Shown in pieces: positions 27,313-36,968 of a stretch of DNA of 58,512 bases. The position numbers and the translations under genes were made by a program. This DNA comes from a virus (taxonomy: Duplodnaviria > Caudoviricetes). Positions within the stretch are counted from its first letter, which is position 1. Each line of letters begins with the position of its first letter. Below the pieces are notes generated by a model. It had not been told where the DNA came from. It saw only the letters and a program-made list of their open reading frames with translations, and ran no database searches. The DNA is taken from positions 1-58,512 of the IMG/VR virus record IMGVR_UViG_3300044646_001108; one strand, written 5' to 3'.

Positions 27313-29801
27313 ACCTCAATGCTTATCGTTTTGTTCGTTAAATCGATGAGGAATTTCCCATCGGTGCTTTGAACGGTGCCTGCGGTAATCGATCCATTCT
27401 TGATGTCGAACGCGCCCGCTTTTGTCAGCTTCCACCCACTGGCTGCGGTCGCGTAATTGGTCGACTCAATCGTGTCGGCAATCTTTGCCGTAGTGATCGT
27501 TCCGTCGCCAATCACTGCCGTCTTGATTCGCACCACGCCATCAACAAGCTCAAACGGGGTCGTAGTGGTGGCTGCTGTGGCTTGATGCTTGATCTTGAAG
27601 TTGGCTACAACAAACTCTGCATTGCCGCCTGATATGGAAACCGTAGGGTTGTTCGCTGTAAACGCTGTGACGTTTCCATTTCCATCGTCGGTGACATCTG
27701 TGGTGCCGCCAGAGTAAAGCTCGCTGCCATACACCTTAGCGCCGTTGATTGCGATGGTGGCGTTGATGTATCCGGTTGTAATCTTCTTTGCCGAAACCGA
27801 GCCAATCTTTGCGTCAGTAATGTCTGCGTTTTTTATGGTTGCCGCATCCAGGTATACAACGCCTCCATCCACAATAAACGGCGCGGTGATCTTCCCGACC
27901 TTTGAATCAGCGGTAACGGTTGCGGAAGTTGGCAGGCTTGTATCAGCAATTCGTATGAAGGTCGTCCCGACTGCGCTTACGACGTGAACACCAGCAAAGC
28001 CGTCAACACCAAAAATACTCACCTTGTCGTTGACAACGAGTCCGTGCCCACTTGGCACCGTAAATTGCCGGTATGCTGCGTTGTTCGTAAAAGCAGATAT
28101 TGCGACCGTGCTGACAGATGGGTTTACCACGGCAAATTTGTCGACGCGGGCGATGAAGCTGCTGACAGGGGTGCCGTTAACAGTTTGCGACGCAAGACCG
28201 AAGCCGGACACGTAGCCGTTCTGATCAATCTTCACCGTGTACTGTGCGTACAGGTTGCCGTCGGCGGTTGACCGGGCGCCCGCCTCAACAGCGATGGCGT
28301 TGTTGAGGTCGCTGCGCAGTGTCGTGATGTCCGCAGCCAGCGAGCCGTCTGCATTAACCCTGGCAATCTGCTCGCTCGTCACGGACGCAGCAACGCCGTT
28401 GTACTGGGCAGTGAGGTTGCTGATGTCAAGGGCGAGCGATTGATCGGCTGTGCTTCTTACGTACTGCTCGTTGGTGATCGCAGCGCTGTTGTTCTCGAAT
28501 TGTGTGTTCAGGTTCGTAATGTTCGACGCCAACGATTCATCTGCAGTCGAGCGCGCAATCTGTTCGCTCGAAATGGCTGCGGTGTTGGTGGCGAACTGCG
28601 TGTTGAGCGTCGTAATGTTCGACGCCAGGGATTCGTCAGCAGTGGACCGCACGTACTGCTCGTTTTGAATCGCAGCCGTGTTGTCGGCGTAGTTCACCTG
28701 CAGCAGGCTAACGTCTTGGGCGATAGCGCTGTCGGATGACACGCGGGCTGTCCGCTCTGAGTGCAACAGCCCCGAAGTCAGTTGGTCAACATCTGTTCCC
28801 GTGTACGCGCCCCGCATCTGCACAGCCAGCGTGTTGCGCTGAGTCGCTTCCGCCTCGTCTGCGGTCGTCCTCGCAGTTGATTCAGACTGAATTGCTGCTT
28901 GCAGGCTTGCGTCGCCCGCCTCTGTGGATGCAGTCAGGAGCGTGATGTTCGAAGCCAGGGACTCGTCTGCCGTCTGGCGGATGATCTGCTCGTTCGTGAT
29001 GGCAGCTTGACGTAGCGCCGCTTCAGCAAGAATCTCCGCAGCCCTGGTTGCAGCCTCAGCATTGATGGCGGCAAGACGTAGATCGCGCTCTTGCTGGATC
29101 GCGGCAATCCGGGCGCGGGTCTCAAGAGTGGCGGCGCGCACAGAAGCCCTGGTTTGGTCGTATGCATCATCGATCCTCGACGACAAGGACCTGAACAGGG
29201 ATGACTCCAGGATTTGGTTCTGAAGGATTGGGATGATGTTGGCGGGGTCTACGCCAGTGGTGACCTCAGTCCCGAACGCGCTGTTCCAAGCCGAACGAAC
29301 TGCCGCCTGCGAAACAGTGCGGACCCAGTAGTACAGGGTGCGCTCTTCGCCGATGATGTCTGCAAAAAACTGAGAGCTTGAGGTTCCTGCAATTTGCGCA
29401 CTCGACAGGTCGTTTGTGTAAGACCTGAAGACCTCGTAGTAGGACGGGTTGGCAAACCTTGCAACATTCCATGACAGCATCACCGTGTCGAAAACAGCTA
29501 CCGCCTTGAGATCGGTCGGGGCTGGCGGGGTGGTAAGGTCCGACGAGCCGTCGTATATCGGGCTAAGCTCGCTATCGGGCAACCTAAGGTTGACGCTTGC
29601 GCTTAGGTTCTGGATCACCGAGGCGTTGGATGTCGTCTCCTGGACAAGCCCGATCTCAGTCAAGTCACGAAACGTAACGCCTGCATCGAGTGCGTCACCT
29701 CGAACCCCGACTCGCACTTGCGTGGCTTCTGTCAGAGCGGTCAGCACCTCCCCAACGTTCTCTCCGTCATAGGACGGGATCGATGGCAGCTTGGTCGTCA
29801 T
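27309..29801 (-). CDS. Tail tip / host-specificity J-like protein (FN3, coiled coil, DUF1983-like)
   Basis: YYWVRTV FN3 motif; AQYTVKIDQNGYVSGFGLAS; IGDGTITTAKI. Confidence 0.75.
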   Translation of the reverse strand: MTTKLPSIPSYDGENVGEVLTALTEATQVRVGVRGDALDAGVTFRDLTEIGLVQETTSNASVIQNLSASVNLRLPDSELSPIYDGSSDLTTPPAPTDLKAVAVFDTVMLSWNVARFANPSYYEVFRSYTNDLSSAQIAGTSSSQFFADIIGEERTLYYWVRTVSQAAVRSAWNSAFGTEVTTGVDPANIIPILQNQILESSLFRSLSSRIDDAYDQTRASVRAATLETRARIAAIQQERDLRLAAINAEAATRAAEILAEAALRQAAITNEQIIRQTADESLASNITLLTASTEAGDASLQAAIQSESTARTTADEAEATQRNTLAVQMRGAYTGTDVDQLTSGLLHSERTARVSSDSAIAQDVSLLQVNYADNTAAIQNEQYVRSTADESLASNITTLNTQFATNTAAISSEQIARSTADESLASNITNLNTQFENNSAAITNEQYVRSTADQSLALDISNLTAQYNGVAASVTSEQIARVNADGSLAADITTLRSDLNNAIAVEAGARSTADGNLYAQYTVKIDQNGYVSGFGLASQTVNGTPVSSFIARVDKFAVVNPSVSTVAISAFTNNAAYRQFTVPSGHGLVVNDKVSIFGVDGFAGVHVVSAVGTTFIRIADTSLPTSATVTADSKVGKITAPFIVDGGVVYLDAATIKNADITDAKIGSVSAKKITTGYINATIAINGAKVYGSELYSGGTTDVTDDGNGNVTAFTANNPTVSISGGNAEFVVANFKIKHQATAATTTTPFELVDGVVRIKTAVIGDGTITTAKIADTIESTNYATAASGWKLTKAGAFDIKNGSITAGTVQSTDGKFLIDLTNKTISIEV
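28320..28760 (-). repeat. About 96-bp (32-aa) tandem repeats in the coiled coil
   Basis: AAI-x-(N/S)EQ-x-x-RSTAD(E/Q)SLA-x-x-I repeated 4-5 times. Confidence 0.8.
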
Positions 29802-32395
29802 GTCGTCTTTAACTCCCAGGCACTTTGAGAAATGCCAACAGCTGTTACGTTGGCTGTTCCGGTGATCTCAATCTCCCACTCGCGAGCCATAAACCCAGAC
29901 TCCAATCGGAACGGGTTCGAGCTCGCTGCGGTGTAGGTCTTGCTCACTCCATCTGCGATGACTTTCATCGTTACGGGATAGCTGTCGGCAACGACCTGCC
30001 CGAACGCCATCGTTCCCGGCGATGGCAGCTGCCCAATCTTGCTGCGCCATGTGTAAGTCAGGTTCGCGGCTCCAGCGAACAGCGCCTGAATGGAGCCATC
30101 GGCAACCGAAACAATGAGCCTGTCATCCTGAATCACTCGGTGGGCTGCGTACCCAACAAGCGTGGTTTCGCACCAGGAAGCAGCCTGCCCGGTCGGGTCG
30201 AAGATGAACATCTTCACAACGTTGTTGACAGTGCAGAAGCCGTGATAGCGGCTCTCATGCCAGTACCCGTGGATTGACTCCGGGTTGTAGGATTGCCACT
30301 GCGCTTGAGTCAGTACCGCCTTGGTAACGACGTCAGCGCCGCCAGGGGTAATCAACACAAGCCCATCCGGAGATGCGTACATTACCCCGTTGCCGGTCTC
30401 AGCGATGCTTCGCTTGGACACGCATGCTTGCTCAAGGGGGAGCTTGGCGAGTGTCATCGACTCAGGGCTGACGCCTCCAACCAGATACGGAAACCCTGTC
30501 GTAAGGATCGCAGCCGATTGCCCGAAGACAGCAATGCCGACAACAGGGTAGTCGACGCTAACGCGGTACTTTGCTGGATAAGCGTGTGGCTGGTACTGCT
30601 CTGAAAAACAGATCGTCTTTCCCTGACTCCAGCCAATGGCGATTCCGTTTGCCATCATTCTTAAGCCAGCGAGATCGGTCGGCGGAGCGACCCAATTGGT
30701 GGACGGGATTACCTCACCAAGAGCCGACTGAAGAACCTTGTCGGCATAGCTACTGACGCCCAGAGCAATGCTGTCCGTCACAAGTTGGTACTGCGTTGTG
30801 CCATTGGCTGCAGTGGCTGTGCGGTACAGGTGAATCTTCGTGATGTTGTAGTTTCCTGTTGGCGCGCCAGACAAGTTGCTTACTGTGACGGGGTAATCGG
30901 GATCGATGTCTACCGTCTCCGATGGCTCACTTGGGGGACCCTCCTCCCCGTACTGGCTCACATAGGTGTAGACGTAAGAGCGGGTCTCGGCGTTTCGCGT
31001 GGGCTGCAGGGTTCCGAGCGCAGAGTAAGGTTCAACCGGCGGCGTCAAGGCGTTAGGGTTGCCAGGAGTCGCTCTTGCGTTGACAGCTGCGGCAGTTTCT
31101 GTGTCGATGTAGCTGACCTGCGAGGCGGGAAGCTCGACCACCAAGCGATAGCTGGTTTCTGGCGCCGAATACGTGCCATCAGATTGCGTCGTAACGTTCT
31201 GACGGTAGATGCGCTTCTTGGTGCAGTTTGCGGGCGGGTCGTCGCCGTGGACGACCTTGACCTGGGTTGACCCATCAATTGCTCGAATGAACCCGCTGGA
31301 GCTTGATAGCGGAGACTCTTGTCCGCTGTCCGCAACCCAGCTGACCGCGTACACCCGCTGCACCACTGGCGCTGGAGTCGTCGCTGACGCATTGTCTTCG
31401 ATGGTCTGGTCGCTAATTTCAATCGACGCAGTTGGCGCAAACGAAGGCTTGCTTGGTGTGCGCAGAACAGCTGTTGACATCTGTGTGCCAGTAACAGCTG
31501 CAGCCAGCAGATCGTCGTCGTACTTCGCCTGGGTAAGCGGGATCGTTGCGATAGCCCGGTAGTTGCCAGACGAGTCCTTGCGGTAGATGCGCTTCTGGGT
31601 AACAGCTGTTTGGCTGTTCCCTGAGGTTGGCAGGCTCGTCAGCTTGGTTCGAGCCAGAACCCGCTTGGACACAGAGGTAATGCCAGCCATGCTGGCGCCG
31701 CCCGTGTTGAATGTGATCGTCTTGGCGTCAACAACCGAGTCGACCTTGTAGGCACTTGCCCCGGCTTTGACGTAGTCGTCTACCGCAAAGTCGTGTGTGT
31801 AGGTGAAGACAACTGTGGCAACGTTCGATGCCACCGTGATGGTCACATCGTACAGACCGTAGTCGTAATGGGCGGCAAGGCAGGTGGTCTTTGCCGTCGT
31901 CCCGATTGCTGACTCTTTGGAGCCGTCAGCGTTCAAGTACGTGATGGCGTATTCCCTGGTCTCCGTTGCGTTGTCAGAGATCGCAGCGCCAGTTGCCCGA
32001 GGCGCGTTGGCTGGCTTTGGGATGCCGAGTGTGTAATACGCGGTTGGGAATGGAGCTACCCCACCGGCAATGTATGTCTTGGGTCCGTACTTTGGCGCGC
32101 CATCACCGGACCAGTAGATGCGGTCCCACTGATCGTCAATGATCGGAGACTCAAAAACATCCACTTCGGTGGTCCACGACAACACCTTAGTATTGTTCAG
32201 GACCGGGTAAATGCGCTTAACAGCTGCTCCGGTGCGACCCGTGGTGAGTCCAGCGGAAAGGTAGTTTTTGAACGGAACCAGCGCCCCAGATTGCAAGCGA
32301 GCGTTCGTCGCCACCTGAGCTTCCATGTCTTGCAGCAGCCGTGCGTCGACCATCGGACGCATCCCGGCGAAACGCCTGATGACGAATGCCGCCAT
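29798..32395 (-). CDS. Tail tubular B / nozzle-like protein with three Ig-like inserts
   Basis: F.GM.P N-terminus; three Y.(T/S)...G.E...(R/H)(I/L)YR modules; beta-propeller-like C-terminus (YASPDGLV). Confidence 0.65.
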   Translation of the reverse strand: MAAFVIRRFAGMRPMVDARLLQDMEAQVATNARLQSGALVPFKNYLSAGLTTGRTGAAVKRIYPVLNNTKVLSWTTEVDVFESPIIDDQWDRIYWSGDGAPKYGPKTYIAGGVAPFPTAYYTLGIPKPANAPRATGAAISDNATETREYAITYLNADGSKESAIGTTAKTTCLAAHYDYGLYDVTITVASNVATVVFTYTHDFAVDDYVKAGASAYKVDSVVDAKTITFNTGGASMAGITSVSKRVLARTKLTSLPTSGNSQTAVTQKRIYRKDSSGNYRAIATIPLTQAKYDDDLLAAAVTGTQMSTAVLRTPSKPSFAPTASIEISDQTIEDNASATTPAPVVQRVYAVSWVADSGQESPLSSSSGFIRAIDGSTQVKVVHGDDPPANCTKKRIYRQNVTTQSDGTYSAPETSYRLVVELPASQVSYIDTETAAAVNARATPGNPNALTPPVEPYSALGTLQPTRNAETRSYVYTYVSQYGEEGPPSEPSETVDIDPDYPVTVSNLSGAPTGNYNITKIHLYRTATAANGTTQYQLVTDSIALGVSSYADKVLQSALGEVIPSTNWVAPPTDLAGLRMMANGIAIGWSQGKTICFSEQYQPHAYPAKYRVSVDYPVVGIAVFGQSAAILTTGFPYLVGGVSPESMTLAKLPLEQACVSKRSIAETGNGVMYASPDGLVLITPGGADVVTKAVLTQAQWQSYNPESIHGYWHESRYHGFCTVNNVVKMFIFDPTGQAASWCETTLVGYAAHRVIQDDRLIVSVADGSIQALFAGAANLTYTWRSKIGQLPSPGTMAFGQVVADSYPVTMKVIADGVSKTYTAASSNPFRLESGFMAREWEIEITGTANVTAVGISQSAWELKTT

Positions 32396-32676
32396 TACCA
32401 CTTCACCTTATCAGCCCAGTAGGCTGCAGACATCTTGCCCTTGGAGATGTTGCTGGCATGACGGGCTTTGAAAGACTCGCGCCGGTTGCGGTAAGCCTCC
32501 GACTCACCATCCTTCTTTGGGCTACCAGAGACACCTTGCTGACCAAACCGGATCGTCTTGATCTGATCGCCTGACTTAGCCACCACGACGTGGCTCTTGG
32601 TCGGGTGCGACGGAGTGCGCTTGGGCTGGTTGTATCCAGACACACCTGCTTTTGCGAGGCGAGGGTCTTTGCTCAT
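32395..32676 (-). CDS. Conserved basic phage protein
   Basis: IRFGQQG...FKARH...SAAYWADKVKW. Confidence 0.7.
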   Translation of the reverse strand: MSKDPRLAKAGVSGYNQPKRTPSHPTKSHVVVAKSGDQIKTIRFGQQGVSGSPKKDGESEAYRNRRESFKARHASNISKGKMSAAYWADKVKW

Positions 32677-32693
32677 TCATCGCTCCTATGGTC

Positions 32694-32885
32694 TTACTTG
32701 ACCTTCAGCACCAAGGAAAGCAGAAGGAGAATGATTGCGCCAGCGGCTCCAATCAGGATTCCCTCCAGCCGCTTCAGACGGGCGTTGATTCCGTTATAGC
32801 GTTCCGCGCATACAGCTTCGTGAGTGTCCACTCTGCCCTCTACTTCGGATACGCGCTCATCGATGGTCTGCGTTTTGTTTGCCAT
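32694..32885 (-). CDS. Small coiled-coil plus TM protein (XhlA/holin-like)
   Basis: HEAVCAERY...RLKRLE, then a C-terminal TM helix. Confidence 0.6.
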   Translation of the reverse strand: MANKTQTIDERVSEVEGRVDTHEAVCAERYNGINARLKRLEGILIGAAGAIILLLLSLVLKVK

Positions 32886-32886
32886 A

Positions 32887-33150
32887 TTAGGTCGTCGTAT
32901 CGAAGTTAACTGTTCCGTTCAGAGTTGTTGTAACTGAGCCGTTGGTAAAGTTGAGAATCTCCGTGTCATTGGTGGAGCCACTACCGACGCCTGAGATTGC
33001 TCTGATTGCCTCCAGGTAAAACTCAGAAGCTTTGCGGATTGCAACCACGTAGTTGGACGCGCTGCCGCCAGTTGGCGTGAAAGAAAAGTGGACGATGAAA
33101 TAGCCGTTGTGCGTCTTGGTGACGCCCGCAGCTGTTAACGAGATTGCCAT
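32887..33150 (-). CDS. Hypothetical protein
   Basis: AGGAG RBS, coupled. Confidence 0.55.
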   Translation of the reverse strand: MAISLTAAGVTKTHNGYFIVHFSFTPTGGSASNYVVAIRKASEFYLEAIRAISGVGSGSTNDTEILNFTNGSVTTTLNGTVNFDTTT

Positions 33151-33159
33151 TACCGCTCC

Positions 33160-34020
33160 TTAACGTGACACAGATTTGATTGATTGATCGAGCAGCGCCG
33201 CAGGAGACTGCTCGCTGACCCCCCTGAAGCCCCATTTGACAAGCTCTTCTTTCGTGAAAAGCGCGCTGACCTCGCTGATGATTTTTGCCCTGATCTTGCT
33301 GTCTAGGTTCACCCCAAACAACATCACCCAGCCATCAAGGTTGACGGCGCTGCCGTTAATCGTGGCAACCTCGGCTGACGGGTACATGAGACTTGGGCTT
33401 GGCGACAGGACCGCGACCGGCTTCAGCCGCTCGCTTAGCCCGCCTATTGGTCCGACAACATTCACAGCGTATGCGTCAATCCTGCCGCCGAGCAGGTCGT
33501 TGACTGCCCCGGCGTATGACTTGTAGCTCACAAACGTACAGGGAAGCCCGGTGCAAAGAGCCCTGGCTCCAAATTCGCTGACGTTACCGCCGCCAGAGGT
33601 GCCAACAAACAGGTGTTTGCTTGAGCGCAGCGATTCCCACGATGCATGGGTCGCCGAAACTATCACCGTGCTGTTGAAGCCTATAACAAACACCGGATCA
33701 AGATTTTTTGGAGCGCCCGCTGGGTAGCCCTGAGGGAAATAAACAGAGTTCAAAACGACCGAGTCGCCGCTAACCATCAGCGCTGGCGAGTCCAGGCTCT
33801 GGAAGTACTGGTGCCCAATGTTGCCAGACGCCCCTGGTTTATGTTCAATCCGGACCCGAGTGCCAGACGCCTCAAGCGCCCGCTTGATTCGCATCGATAT
33901 GTTTGAGTAAGGACCGCCAGCCTCTCTGTTCACAACGATGGTGACATCCTGAGAGGCTCTCGCCGTCAGTCCAAAAAGTAATATCGCGACCGCAGCGGCG
34001 CGTTGAAGATGTCGTGCCAT
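33160..34020 (-). CDS. Bug/TctC-like tripartite tricarboxylate transporter substrate-binding protein
   Basis: Signal peptide; VTIVV...AGG...EHKPGASGNIG; YKSYAGAVNDLLGGRID. Confidence 0.7.
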   Translation of the reverse strand: MARHLQRAAAVAILLFGLTARASQDVTIVVNREAGGPYSNISMRIKRALEASGTRVRIEHKPGASGNIGHQYFQSLDSPALMVSGDSVVLNSVYFPQGYPAGAPKNLDPVFVIGFNSTVIVSATHASWESLRSSKHLFVGTSGGGNVSEFGARALCTGLPCTFVSYKSYAGAVNDLLGGRIDAYAVNVVGPIGGLSERLKPVAVLSPSPSLMYPSAEVATINGSAVNLDGWVMLFGVNLDSKIRAKIISEVSALFTKEELVKWGFRGVSEQSPAALLDQSIKSVSR

Positions 34021-35018
34021 TTTTCTCCAAGCAAATTTTTGATCTCGCCAACCCCTTGGAGAAAGACGCTACGGGCTTCGCTTGGCGGACCCTTGAACAA
34101 ATGGTTATCCCGCGAACTAAATATGTGGCTCTTGCTCTTCGGAGACTTTGCGACCAGACTGTTTTCAAGCCTGTAGATAACAGAAGCCACAAACGCCTCG
34201 TAATAAGGCGATCCAAATGGGGTAAACATGTTGCCAGTGGCGCGCAAGTTGGCGACTCGCTTGAGAACTGCGTGGCACTGCTTACGCATTATTTTGTGCG
34301 AGTCCACATCAGAATAGAAGTTTCTCATCTGAGTGCTGCCGTCACGCCAGTTGACGCATCCGCCATACGCAAGGTGCGACTTGTCCATAAAGTTCAAAGC
34401 GTGGCTTCCGTTCTCCAGCTTGACGATATTTGGCTTGTCACCCCCGAACAGCAACAGCGATGGCTTACCTTCCGTAGTGCCAAAATTATCTGGCGACGAG
34501 AACATCCAGTTCCAGGGCGACACGTTGCTGCCGTACTGGTACACCCAGGTTCCGTCGGAATACATGGGGCGCTCAAGCGCGCGCTTGTAATCCATGACAG
34601 TAACTTTAGTGGAGCCAAGCCCAAGTCGTCCAAGAAGTGGAAAGGCATTTTTGTATGCCTCGGCATTCTGGTTCTCATCGGACCCTGATTCGGGGTCGCA
34701 GGAAAACGCGCCCATAACTACAACTTCGTCGAGATGGATGCCATTCGACACGAACGTCTCAAGCACATTGGTGCTATCGAACCCGCCGGAGAAGAACAAG
34801 GAAATCTTGCTGTATTGGTCCCGCAGCTGCTGCGCCCTCTCACGATACAGCCGCTCCAAAGACTCGGGTGGCTCAGACTTCCAGTCAACAGCCTCGAATA
34901 CGCTGTCAAAGTAATAAAACCTGGGTTTCCGCCCAAGGCGCTTCCCGATCTCAAGCGCTTCAATTTTTGACGGGACTACAAGCGGGTGCCCGTCAATTAC
35001 ATACCCCACTTCAATCAA
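33966..35018 (-). CDS. PP-loop (adenine nucleotide alpha-hydrolase) protein
   Basis: LFFSGGFDS; GGDKP; paralog of 50929-52062. Confidence 0.75.
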   Translation of the reverse strand: MIEVGYVIDGHPLVVPSKIEALEIGKRLGRKPRFYYFDSVFEAVDWKSEPPESLERLYRERAQQLRDQYSKISLFFSGGFDSTNVLETFVSNGIHLDEVVVMGAFSCDPESGSDENQNAEAYKNAFPLLGRLGLGSTKVTVMDYKRALERPMYSDGTWVYQYGSNVSPWNWMFSSPDNFGTTEGKPSLLLFGGDKPNIVKLENGSHALNFMDKSHLAYGGCVNWRDGSTQMRNFYSDVDSHKIMRKQCHAVLKRVANLRATGNMFTPFGSPYYEAFVASVIYRLENSLVAKSPKSKSHIFSSRDNHLFKGPPSEARSVFLQGVGEIKNLLGEKWHDIFNAPLRSRYYFLD

Positions 35019-35791
35019 AGTTGCGCAATGACTTCAGTGCGTTTCCCCAAGGTGAACGCTGCTTTGGTTGCCGTTTCAAGGGTTAAATGGGCGCTTGGGC
35101 GAATTTTTGCCCGGAACGGCAGGTTGTATAGCTTGCTCTTTGCCTCCTGCACAGGAAGCGAGTGGTCTATTTCGAGCAGATAACTTTTTGCGATCTCTGG
35201 CGTTCCAAGGAAAAACGGGTCCGGGTGTGACACAGACCCAAACAATCTGCCTGCGAATGATTCGCCGTAAAGAACACAACTGAAGTCGTTACCAAGCGGC
35301 TGTATCAAGGTTGCCCCGCGCCCATGCGGCACCAAGTCGCCTTCGCCAGAAACATAGGTGGCGCCATTCATTTCCGCTACTTGGATTGCGATCTTTTGGG
35401 CGACCACAGAGCCCCAGTGGATTTTCCAGTCAACGGTATATCCAGGCTGCAGAGCCATTACCCCGGTCGCCGGGATAACCTTTGGCGTGAGCCCCAGTTG
35501 GCGGCAAGCATGGAAAGCGTACTGAGCCTCATTGAATGGAAACAGGTCCAAGACAATGATCGGCGTCACGTTTGCGCCAACCTGAACAAGCTTGCGCAGC
35601 ACGTACTCCGAATCTAAGCCGCCAGAGAGGGCACAAAAAATCTTGTTGTGTTGCTGCGCCAATGTTGAAGCGTGGGCTGTGCATGCCTCATCAAAAGACA
35701 GCTGTTGTGCTGCACCACTGTTGATGGTCGCCAGTGGCGTTGCGCCGTTTTGAACGGCATCTTCGACATTGATTGTGAGCCACATATTCAC
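35015..35791 (-). CDS. PP-loop (adenine nucleotide alpha-hydrolase) protein
   Basis: ALSGGLDSEY; SGEGD. Confidence 0.7.
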   Translation of the reverse strand: MNMWLTINVEDAVQNGATPLATINSGAAQQLSFDEACTAHASTLAQQHNKIFCALSGGLDSEYVLRKLVQVGANVTPIIVLDLFPFNEAQYAFHACRQLGLTPKVIPATGVMALQPGYTVDWKIHWGSVVAQKIAIQVAEMNGATYVSGEGDLVPHGRGATLIQPLGNDFSCVLYGESFAGRLFGSVSHPDPFFLGTPEIAKSYLLEIDHSLPVQEAKSKLYNLPFRAKIRPSAHLTLETATKAAFTLGKRTEVIAQL

Positions 35792-36189
35792 TGCCCCTCA
35801 AAGAGCGCAGCGATTTCTGGACCAACTGCATCTGCCAAGCTCGGAGTGGACATTGCCTGCTGCTCCTGGTCAGTGAACGCGCCAGTCGAGCCCTGCAAAG
35901 CCGATGAAAGGCTTGTATCGACCAACGGGTCGGCGACAGCTGCAAGTGTTTTAAGCCACTGAACCGGCGCGCTTGCCATAATGACCTTCCGCAATTCGTC
36001 AGCGGTGGGTGATGGAGTTTGCCAGACCGTGATCGAATAATCTGTGCGGCAGGAGAAGATGCTCCCATCCTCATTCCTTGCAGAACAAAGGGCGTCCTCT
36101 GTGGTCAAGGTGCAATCGTCGCTGTAATAGCGAACCACAATGGCATGTTCATCCGGGATGACGTGTAGGATTTTGTATTTGATTTCCAT
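35788..36189 (-). CDS. Hypothetical protein (possible tail fibre chaperone)
   Basis: Directly follows the Gly-rich fibre gene. Confidence 0.5.
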   Translation of the reverse strand: MEIKYKILHVIPDEHAIVVRYYSDDCTLTTEDALCSARNEDGSIFSCRTDYSITVWQTPSPTADELRKVIMASAPVQWLKTLAAVADPLVDTSLSSALQGSTGAFTDQEQQAMSTPSLADAVGPEIAALFEGQ

Positions 36190-36191
36190 GA

Positions 36192-36968
36192 TTAAGCCGT
36201 CCCATTCACAATAGTCCCGCTGTTGATGATGCGGTTGATGTTGCCGTAACCGAAAATTCCATAGCCGTTGGCTCCTGCAGACGCAGCAGCACTTGCCGCG
36301 CCCCCGCTCCCGCCCGACCCATTGTTTCCGGCGCCGCCACTGCTGCCAGCGGAGCCTGGGTTTCCGCCAGCGCCGCCATTACCAGCATATGTGCCGCCGC
36401 TGTCGCCAGCCCCGCCGGTTGTGGTAGTGGCATTTCCGGCGGGGACCGTTCCAGCGCCACCTCCGCCGTTTCCGCCAGAGGTGGAGACGTTGTTCTTCCC
36501 GTCGCCATAGATCCCACCACCACCGCCACCACCGCCGCCTCCGGCGCCGCTACCAGTCCCGCTTCCGCCTGTTCCGCCTTGGATGGTGCCAAGGTTATTG
36601 AGAAAGTAAACTCTATTCCCGGTAACGTTCGCAAAGTTCAGTGCATGCCCGCCAGTGGCGCCATCTACCTTAGTGCCCGCAGACCCACTGCCGCCAGTAC
36701 TTGAAGAACCGCTGCCGCCAGCGCCACCATAAGTGGCTCCAGACGAGCCGTTCGCGCCAGTGATGACTGCATTGTTCTGCACAAGAAATTGACTGCCATT
36801 ACCAACCCTGCTTGGAACGGTCTGCACACCATTCGATCTGTTCCCCGCAATCCTGACCATAAGAAACACAGGCTCGGTGTAGGTATTGGTTGGGATTGAT
36901 AAGGAAGAAGTGCCGGTGGCGACCTCCTCATAGACAAAGCGTCGCATCGATGCGGGCATCGTCATCAT
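36192..36968 (-). CDS. Glycine-rich tail fibre / receptor-binding protein
   Basis: Poly-Gly tracts bracketed by NNAVITG and INSGTI, reminiscent of gp38-type adhesins. Confidence 0.65.
   Translation of the reverse strand: MMTMPASMRRFVYEEVATGTSSLSIPTNTYTEPVFLMVRIAGNRSNGVQTVPSRVGNGSQFLVQNNAVITGANGSSGATYGGAGGSGSSSTGGSGSAGTKVDGATGGHALNFANVTGNRVYFLNNLGTIQGGTGGSGTGSGAGGGGGGGGGGIYGDGKNNVSTSGGNGGGGAGTVPAGNATTTTGGAGDSGGTYAGNGGAGGNPGSAGSSGGAGNNGSGGSGGAASAAASAGANGYGIFGYGNINRIINSGTIVNGTA

Noticed and set aside
28320-28760. Tandem repeats as a CRISPR array or DGR TR/VR pair
   Set aside because: They are in-frame coiled-coil protein repeats with no spacers, and no reverse transcriptase is encoded.
33966-35791. 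QueC-based 7-deazaguanine DNA modification cluster
   Set aside because: No folE, queD, queE or dpdA is visible, and the QueC C-terminal Cys cluster is not evident.
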